A stretch of DNA of 39,905 nucleotides, taken from the NCBI GenBank assembly GCA_031441465.1, contig JANOEP010000048.1:1-39905 (forward strand), written 5' to 3'. The position numbers and the translations under genes were made by a program. Shown here piece by piece: positions 34,189 through 39,905 of this stretch (positions within the stretch are counted from its first letter, which is position 1; each line of letters begins with the position of its first letter). A model generated the notes under the pieces. That model did no database searches. It was not told the DNA's origin and saw nothing but the letters and a program-made list of their open reading frames with translations. This stretch comes from a bacterium. GTDB lineage: Bacteria > Krumholzibacteriota > Krumholzibacteriia > LZORAL124-64-63.

Positions 34189-35316
34189 ATGGAAGCGACG
34201 CTGACCGCATCACCCACGACGTCCGTCGCCGCCGAGACGCACGGGCGGACGGCTCTCGACGAAATCCTGCGGGAGGGCGTGCGCCGGCAGGCCTCGGACA
34301 TCCTGATCTCGGCCGGCTCGCCGGTCACCTTCCACATCCACGGGCGTCTCGAAGCCATGGATCCGCACCACCGGCTGACGCCGCAGGAGAGCCGGGAACT
34401 GGCCTTCTGCCTGCTGGGACCCGACCAACGCCAACGCTTCGAGCGCGATCTCGACGGGGACATGTCGCTGGAGCTGTTCGACGTGGCGCGCTTCCGGGCC
34501 AACGTCTTCCAGCAGCGCGGCTCGGTGTCGGCCGTGCTGCGCCACGTGCCGCTGGAGATCCCGCATTTCTCGACGGTCGGTCTCCAGGAGAGCCTGGTCA
34601 AGCGGATGCTCAACATTCCCAACGGGCTGATCCTGGTCACGGGCCCCACCGGCGCGGGCAAATCCACGACCCTGGCCTGCCTGCTCGAGTACATGAACAC
34701 GGTCGACGGCTACGCCAAGCACATCGTGACCATCGAAGACCCGATCGAGTTCCGCATGAAGAGCAAGAACTGCGTCATCGACCAGCGCGAGGTGGGCACA
34801 GACGTCCACGACTACGCCACCGGCCTGCGCTCGGCGCTGCGCCAGATGGCGCACGTCATCTTCGTCGGCGAAATGCGCGACCGCGCGACCATCGAGATCG
34901 CCTTGACCGCGGCCGAAACCGGCAACGTCGTGATCAGCACCCTGGCCACGCAGTCCGCGGCCAAGACCATCAACCGCATCATCGACGTCTTCCCGATCCA
35001 GGACCAGGAGGAGGTCCGCACCCGCCTGGCCCTGACGCTGCGCTGCGTCATCTCCCAGGTCCTGCTGCGCCAGCGCGACGGCCTGGGCCGCGTCGCCGCC
35101 CGCGAGGTCCTGTTCGTCAACAGCCCGGTGTCCAACCAGATCCGCGAGGGCAAGGTCCACATGATCAACAACGTCATCTCCAGCAGCTCGTCCGAGGGTA
35201 TGTGCCTGCTGGACGACTCCCTGCTGCGCCTCTACCGCGAGGGGCTGGTCGACGCGTCCACGGTGCTGCCGCGCTTCAACGACCCGGAAAAGGCGCGCCA
35301 GGTCGTGCAGGGCTGA
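34189..35316 (+). CDS. pilT: PilT/PilU-family retraction ATPase with an atypical His box (375 aa)
   Basis: ASDILI, RFRANVFQQRG, GPTGAGKSTTLA, TIEDPIEF, QREVG, VGEMRD, AAETG, NQIREGK. Confidence 0.88.
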   Translation: MEATLTASPTTSVAAETHGRTALDEILREGVRRQASDILISAGSPVTFHIHGRLEAMDPHHRLTPQESRELAFCLLGPDQRQRFERDLDGDMSLELFDVARFRANVFQQRGSVSAVLRHVPLEIPHFSTVGLQESLVKRMLNIPNGLILVTGPTGAGKSTTLACLLEYMNTVDGYAKHIVTIEDPIEFRMKSKNCVIDQREVGTDVHDYATGLRSALRQMAHVIFVGEMRDRATIEIALTAAETGNVVISTLATQSAAKTINRIIDVFPIQDQEEVRTRLALTLRCVISQVLLRQRDGLGRVAAREVLFVNSPVSNQIREGKVHMINNVISSSSSEGMCLLDDSLLRLYREGLVDASTVLPRFNDPEKARQVVQG

Positions 35317-35317
35317 C

Positions 35318-36118
35318 GTGGGCGCCCTGTCGCACCTGACCTCGGCCTCGGGACTGCCGGCGGGCCTGCTGCTCGCCGGCGTCCTGCTGTGGGGCCTGCT
35401 GTTCGGCAGCTTCCTGAACGTGGTGGCCTGGCGGCTGCCCCGCGGCGAGTCGCTGGCGTGGCCCGGCTCGCACTGCCCCGCCTGCGGGCACGCCGTGCGC
35501 CCCCGCGACAACATCCCGCTGCTGGGCTGGCTGCTGCTGCGCGGACGCTGCCGCGACTGCGCCACCCCCATCAGCCCACGCTACCCGCTGACGGAACTGG
35601 GCGGCGGCCTGGCCGCCGTCGCGGCGGTCCTGGCGGCGCCCTCCCCGGCGGCGGCCGCCGCTGTGCTGCTGCTACTGCTGGCCCTGATCGTCATCTTCCT
35701 GATCGACCTCGACCACCGCCTGATCCTGGACGTGATCACCCTGCCGGGCGTCGCGGCGGGTCTGCTGCTGTGCCCCCTGCTCGGGACGTCGCGGCTCGAC
35801 GCCCTGCTGGGCGCCGCCGGCGGCTGGCTGCTGCTGGAGGGGATCCGCCGGGGCTACCGGCGCTGGCGCGGCGTCGACGGTCTCGGCGGCGGCGACGTCA
35901 AGCTGGCGGCCATGCTGGGCGCCTGGTTGGGCTGGCAGGGCGTCATGCTGACCTTCCTGCTGGGATCCTTCGTCGGTGCGGCTTGGGGTCTGGCGCTGGC
36001 CTCGCGCGGCCGCGCCGGCCGCTGGACGGCCCTCCCCTACGGCGTCTTCCTGGCCCCCGCCGCCGCCGCCGTCGTCTTCTGGGGCCGCGCCGCCTGGGCT
36101 TGGTACCTCGCCCTGTGA
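35318..36118 (+). CDS. pilD: Prepilin peptidase / N-methyltransferase (A24A, 266 aa)
   Basis: GSFLNVVAWRLP, SHCPAC, NIPLLGW, GRCRDC, IDLD and GGGDVKL catalytic Asp motifs, PYGVFL. Confidence 0.93.
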   Translation: MGALSHLTSASGLPAGLLLAGVLLWGLLFGSFLNVVAWRLPRGESLAWPGSHCPACGHAVRPRDNIPLLGWLLLRGRCRDCATPISPRYPLTELGGGLAAVAAVLAAPSPAAAAAVLLLLLALIVIFLIDLDHRLILDVITLPGVAAGLLLCPLLGTSRLDALLGAAGGWLLLEGIRRGYRRWRGVDGLGGGDVKLAAMLGAWLGWQGVMLTFLLGSFVGAAWGLALASRGRAGRWTALPYGVFLAPAAAAVVFWGRAAWAWYLAL

Positions 36119-36140
36119 GCCGTGGACGTGGGCGACCCGT

Positions 36141-37010
36141 CTACCAGTGATTGCTGTACATGACCATCGGGAACGCGATGAAGCTGCCGTTGTCGCCGGT
36201 CAGCGGACGGAACCCGCTCAGGGAAAACGAGTGGGAATCGCCGAAGATGCGCACGCCGAGGTTGATGAAGCCTTCGAGGTCGCCGTCCTCGCCCTCGAGC
36301 AGCGAAGCGGAACTCATGTATTCGGCGAAGAGCTTGCCGCGTTTCGAGCCTTGGTAATCGGCGCCGAACAGGAAGACGGTGTCGGTGTCGCCATCGTCGT
36401 CGAAGGTGCGATTGACGGCGAGATTCAGGCTGTGGCGCTTGTCCCCGACGCCCACCGTCATCCCCACCGCCCCGAACTGGACTTCCTCGAGCCGCGTGTA
36501 GCTGCCCACGAGCGCCAGGCCCACCGGTTGCGTTTCGCGGTCGGCGAGGCGCAGCTTGCCGCCCAGGGAGATCATCAGGACTTCAGACGAGACGGGGAAC
36601 AGGGTGCCGACGCTCAGATTGAAGGCGTCGGTGATCGAGGTGCCGTAGTTCAGGATGAAGAGTTCGAAGTCGCGGAAGTAGCTGTCGCCCTTGGCCAGGG
36701 TCGCCGGCGTCGGGCAGAACATCAGGGAATTGTAGTCCGGGTCGGTCAGCGCTCCCGATCGTTCGCCGCCGCGGGCGAGGCGGACGATGTCCGCTCGCGC
36801 GATCTCCATCCGGCCCAGCGCCACGGTCTCGAAGACGATCCGGTCCGCGAATTCCTCCAGGATCCGCCCCCGCAACAGCGTGCCGTCGGTGAGCAGCACT
36901 TCGTCCCACGACGCGACCCGCACCGTCCGGTCGTTGCTGAAATCGTTCGGGGCGGCCTGGGAGTTCGCGCTGAAAAGGATCATCACGAGGATCGTGATCG
37001 TGAGTCGCAT
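36141..37010 (-). CDS. Hypothetical exported protein, probable outer-membrane beta-barrel with a small N-terminal domain (about 289 aa)
   Basis: Signal peptide MRLTITILVMILFSANSQA; alternating amphipathic strands; terminal aromatic residue (YSNHW). Confidence 0.6.
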   Translation of the reverse strand: MRLTITILVMILFSANSQAAPNDFSNDRTVRVASWDEVLLTDGTLLRGRILEEFADRIVFETVALGRMEIARADIVRLARGGERSGALTDPDYNSLMFCPTPATLAKGDSYFRDFELFILNYGTSITDAFNLSVGTLFPVSSEVLMISLGGKLRLADRETQPVGLALVGSYTRLEEVQFGAVGMTVGVGDKRHSLNLAVNRTFDDDGDTDTVFLFGADYQGSKRGKLFAEYMSSASLLEGEDGDLEGFINLGVRIFGDSHSFSLSGFRPLTGDNGSFIAFPMVMYSNHW

Positions 37011-37144
37011 CGGTGCTCCCTGTCCGGTTGATGAGGCTGCGGATCCTGACCATGGTGACGCCACCGGCCTCGAGGCACCACTGATCAATGCGATCGCCTG
37101 TTCACCCGACTCCTTAGGAGATGCATCGCCGGCACCGGAGGGAG

Positions 37145-37492
37145 TCAAGCAGGTCGGCGATGCACCAGGGCCTTGATCTGCTTAGCCAGGGGCGGGAAAT
37201 CCGCCGTCACGATGTTCCAGAGGATGTCAAAGTCCACGGCGTCGTAGCCGTGAATCAGGCGGTTGCGCGTGCCGATGAGTTCGCGCCAGGGAATTTCCGG
37301 ATTGGACGTCTGGGCGGCTTCGGAAACCCGAGTGCCCGCTTCGCCGACGATTTCGACCAGCTTCAGCAGGGCGAGGAAGAACACACGGTCGGATTCAAGG
37401 TCGGTGCGCGAGCGGTTCATGGCCAGGGCGACGGCTTCTTCGATGTGATCGAACATCTGCCGAAGGGCAATGCCGTCGTCATGCCGCGACAT
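37145..37492 (-). CDS. HEPN (DUF86/HepT-like) RNase toxin (115 aa)
   Basis: EIVGEA, PEIPW, RNRLIHGY (RX4HXY) motif; overlaps the MNT gene. Confidence 0.9.
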   Translation of the reverse strand: MSRHDDGIALRQMFDHIEEAVALAMNRSRTDLESDRVFFLALLKLVEIVGEAGTRVSEAAQTSNPEIPWRELIGTRNRLIHGYDAVDFDILWNIVTADFPPLAKQIKALVHRRPA

Positions 37493-37781
37493 AGAGCGTC
37501 TCCGCCTCCTCGAGAACCACGTCTCGGAAGTACCGGCTCAGACCGCCCGGGGTGTTCAGATCCACTCTACGGCCGAGTATCGCCGAGAGTTCATCCTGCA
37601 TTCGGATGAATGCCAGCCCGACTCGAACGCCAGGATGAAACTCGACCAGTACGTCAATGTCACTTTCGGGCCTGAAATCATCCCGGAGAATGGACCCGAA
37701 CAGCGCCATCCGGCGGATGCCGTTGGCGCGACAAAACACCTCGATCCTCTCCAGTGGAATCTCGATGCCATGCAATATCAT
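37479..37781 (-). CDS. Minimal nucleotidyltransferase (MNT/MntA-like) antitoxin (100 aa)
   Basis: LFGSILRDDFRPESDIDVLVEF (GS-X10-DXD), LGRRVDL. Confidence 0.9.
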   Translation of the reverse strand: MILHGIEIPLERIEVFCRANGIRRMALFGSILRDDFRPESDIDVLVEFHPGVRVGLAFIRMQDELSAILGRRVDLNTPGGLSRYFRDVVLEEAETLYVAA

Positions 37782-37866
37782 GGTTCCTTCTCCAGCTCGA
37801 TCACGAATCTGGCTTCATGCCGGACAGGACGGTGCCGGCGGTTCGGTCGCCCCCGCGCCGCTTGAT

Positions 37867-37914
37867 CGCTTGGGCGCTTGGGCGCTCGGGCGCTTGGGCG
37901 CTTGGGCGCTTGGG
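37867..37914. repeat. Tandem repeat, 6 x 8 bp (CGCTTGGG; third unit CGCTCGGG)
   Basis: Read directly from the sequence. Confidence 0.92.
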
Positions 37915-38218
37915 CCACCTCGTGTCCCTAGGACGCTCATGTCACTTCGCATCGCTGTGCGCCCTTGCAGGCATCTCGCGAGGCATTTTCTAGAATAGCA
38001 CGAATCCGCCCGATAAGAAACCCCATCGCCTCTCCGGTATGGTGGCAGTCCCCCGGCTGCTCGACCAGTCGGTCAGGCCCGACTCCCGGCCGGAGATGGA
38101 CCAGACGGTGGGAGTTCTACGCTCAGCTGAAAACGCCGGTCCGAGTGCGGATCCTCTCGGCCGGGGAGCTGCGGTACCGGCGGACGGAGACCGGTATTCT
38201 TGACGACCGCCGCGCGAA

Positions 38219-38250
38219 GAAGCCCCCGTCTCGGCCGAGACGGGGGCTTC
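38219..38250 (-). terminator. Terminator-like perfect inverted repeat downstream of porB
   Basis: GAAGCCCCCGTCTCGG CCGAGACGGGGGCTTC is a perfect 32-nt palindrome, followed by TTC on the minus strand. Confidence 0.7.
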
Positions 38251-38270
38251 ACGCTTCGACTGCCGGCGGT

Positions 38271-39209
38271 TCAGGCCTCGCCGCAGAGCTTCAGGAGCTT
38301 CCTCTGCTCGTCGTCGACCCAGCACTGGATCTCCACGATGAGCGCCTCGTTGCCCGGCTTGAACAGGTGCTTGAAGCGCACCTGCTGCTTGAGCCACTCC
38401 TCGATGGGCGTGCGGTCGGCCTTCGGCTTGTAGGTCAGCTTGTACTCGCCGTTCTCGACCTCGAACAGCGGCCAGAAGTTGCATTCGGTGGCCATCTTCG
38501 ACAGCTCGATGCCCAGCGCCGGGTCGAAGCCCCAGCCCACGGTGCACGGCATCAGGATGTTGATGAAGGCCGGCCCGTCGACGTCCAGCGCCTTCTGGAC
38601 CTTCATCTGCAGGTCCTTCCAGTGGAAGGGCGTCGTCTGCGCGACGTAGGGGATGTTGTGCGCCACCATGATCTTCGTGAGGTCCTTGCGGTGGCGGTCC
38701 TTCCCCTGCTTCACCTTGCCCGCGGGCGCGGTGGAGGTGTGCGCGCCGAACGGGGTGGCGCCCGAGCGCTGGATGCCCGTGTTCATGTACGCCTCGTTGT
38801 CGTAGCAGACGTACAGCATGTTGTGGCCGCGCTCCATGGCGCCGGACAGCGACTGCAGGCCGATGTCGTAGGTGCCGCCGTCGCCGCCGAAGGCGATGAA
38901 GTTGATCCGCTCGCGCGGCACGGGCAGCTCGCCGCTCTTCTTCAGGGCGCGGTACGCGGTCTCGGCTCCCGAAATCGTGGCCGCGCAGTTCTCGAAGGCC
39001 GAGTGGATGAACGGCGTCTTCCAGGCGGTGTAGGGGAAGATCGTGGTGACGACCTCCATGCAGCCCGTGGCGCCGCCCACGACCGTGTCGCGGCCCGCGG
39101 TCAGCATGATCTGGCGCAGGATGTTCGACCCGGTGCAGCCGGCGCAGGCGCGGTGCCCGCCGGTGAGGAGGTCCTCGTGCTTGGAAAGCGATTGCAGGTT
39201 GACAGCCAT
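38271..39209 (-). CDS. porB: Pyruvate (2-oxoacid):ferredoxin oxidoreductase beta subunit (312 aa)
   Basis: GHRACAGC, ATGCMEV, AFEN, TPP motif GGDGGTYDIG...YDNEAYMNTGIQRS, PCTVGW. Confidence 0.92.
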   Translation of the reverse strand: MAVNLQSLSKHEDLLTGGHRACAGCTGSNILRQIMLTAGRDTVVGGATGCMEVVTTIFPYTAWKTPFIHSAFENCAATISGAETAYRALKKSGELPVPRERINFIAFGGDGGTYDIGLQSLSGAMERGHNMLYVCYDNEAYMNTGIQRSGATPFGAHTSTAPAGKVKQGKDRHRKDLTKIMVAHNIPYVAQTTPFHWKDLQMKVQKALDVDGPAFINILMPCTVGWGFDPALGIELSKMATECNFWPLFEVENGEYKLTYKPKADRTPIEEWLKQQVRFKHLFKPGNEALIVEIQCWVDDEQRKLLKLCGEA

Positions 39210-39222
39210 GACGGTCCCTCCT

Positions 39223-39905
39223 TTACAGCCGGACGCCCAGCAGGTTGACGGTTTCGGCCTCGCGGCCCTTGGCGATCGCCTGCAGCTGGTGGATCAGCGA
39301 GACGATCTGCTTGGTGTCGGTGTCGCGGCCGCCGAGCCCGTAGATCCAGTTGTGGATCTTCGGCCGGGCCGGCAGGTCGTAGAGGGCCGAGCGGATCTCG
39401 TTGAACAGCGGGCCGCCCCAGCCGCCGAAGCTGGCGGACTTGTCCATGACCCCGACCACCTTGGCCTTCGACAGGGCCTTCGCGAGTTCCACCGCCGGGA
39501 AGGGGCGGAACATGTGGATCTTGAGCAGGCCGACCTTGACGCCCTTCTCGCGCTGGGCGTCGATGACGTCCTTGGCCGTGCCGGCCGTCGAGCCGAGCGC
39601 CACGATGACCAGGTCGGCGTCGTCGGTGCGGTACTCCTCGAAGAACGAGTAGTGGCGGCCGGTGAGCTGGCCGAACTCCTTGTAGATCTCGGCGATGTAC
39701 TTCGGCGCCCGCTTGAGCGCCTCGATCTGCGAAACCTTGTGCTCGAAGTAGTAGTCGGTGAGGTCCAACGGCCCGACCGTGATCGGGTGGTCCATGTCCA
39801 GCAGAGAGTAGCCGGTCTTGAGATCCTTGGGCCCGATGAATTTCCAGGCGTCCTCGTCCGGCAGGATGTGCAGCGACTCGGACGTGTGGCTGATGATGAA
39901 GCCGT
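39223..39905 (-). CDS. porA: Pyruvate (2-oxoacid):ferredoxin oxidoreductase alpha subunit, 3' part (runs off the window end)
   Basis: GFIISHT at the window edge, DYYFE, DADLVIVALGS, FRPFP, YGLGGRD; directly upstream of porB. Confidence 0.9.
   Translation of the reverse strand, partial: GFIISHTSESLHILPDEDAWKFIGPKDLKTGYSLLDMDHPITVGPLDLTDYYFEHKVSQIEALKRAPKYIAEIYKEFGQLTGRHYSFFEEYRTDDADLVIVALGSTAGTAKDVIDAQREKGVKVGLLKIHMFRPFPAVELAKALSKAKVVGVMDKSASFGGWGGPLFNEIRSALYDLPARPKIHNWIYGLGGRDTDTKQIVSLIHQLQAIAKGREAETVNLLGVRL

Noticed and set aside
37867..37914. CRISPR array
   Set aside because: Contiguous 8-bp units with no spacers, and no cas genes.
38095..38122. Degenerate tRNA/tmRNA 3' end (att-site remnant) on the minus strand
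   Set aside because: The resemblance is loose: no TTCGA T-loop, no CCA end and no integrase nearby.

Overview
A high-GC bacterial chromosomal window from a diderm, probably anaerobic or facultative organism (secretin, lipoprotein, POR, [NiFe]-hydrogenase). In order it holds: (1) a DUF134 + NifB/NifX-family pair; (2) two divergent exported GH13 alpha-glucan enzymes, one with five tandem CBM48-like modules and one a likely lipoprotein; (3) an 8-kb operon hdrA-like / qmoC-like / hdrA-like / mvhD / mvhG / mvhA / maturation protease, with no hdrB or aprAB in the window and a Rex-like operator upstream; (4) a polysaccharide deacetylase, M16 peptidase, cupin, flavin reductase, Cys-rich histidine kinase, P-loop protein, DksA/TraR-like protein and a small basic protein; (5) a complete sigma54-type IV pilus operon (pilB, C, A, A, V, W, X, M, N, O, P, Q, T, D); (6) a putative outer-membrane protein, an MNT-HEPN toxin-antitoxin pair and an 8-bp tandem repeat; (7) porB and the 3' part of porA. 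The best candidates for undescribed biology are the putative membrane-anchored, HdrB-less Mvh-HdrA/HdrA'-QmoC-like complex, whose two HdrA paralogs have lost complementary cofactor motifs, and a pseudoknot-like leader with compensatory changes upstream of both pilin genes. All calls come from motif reading by eye; no database searches were run.
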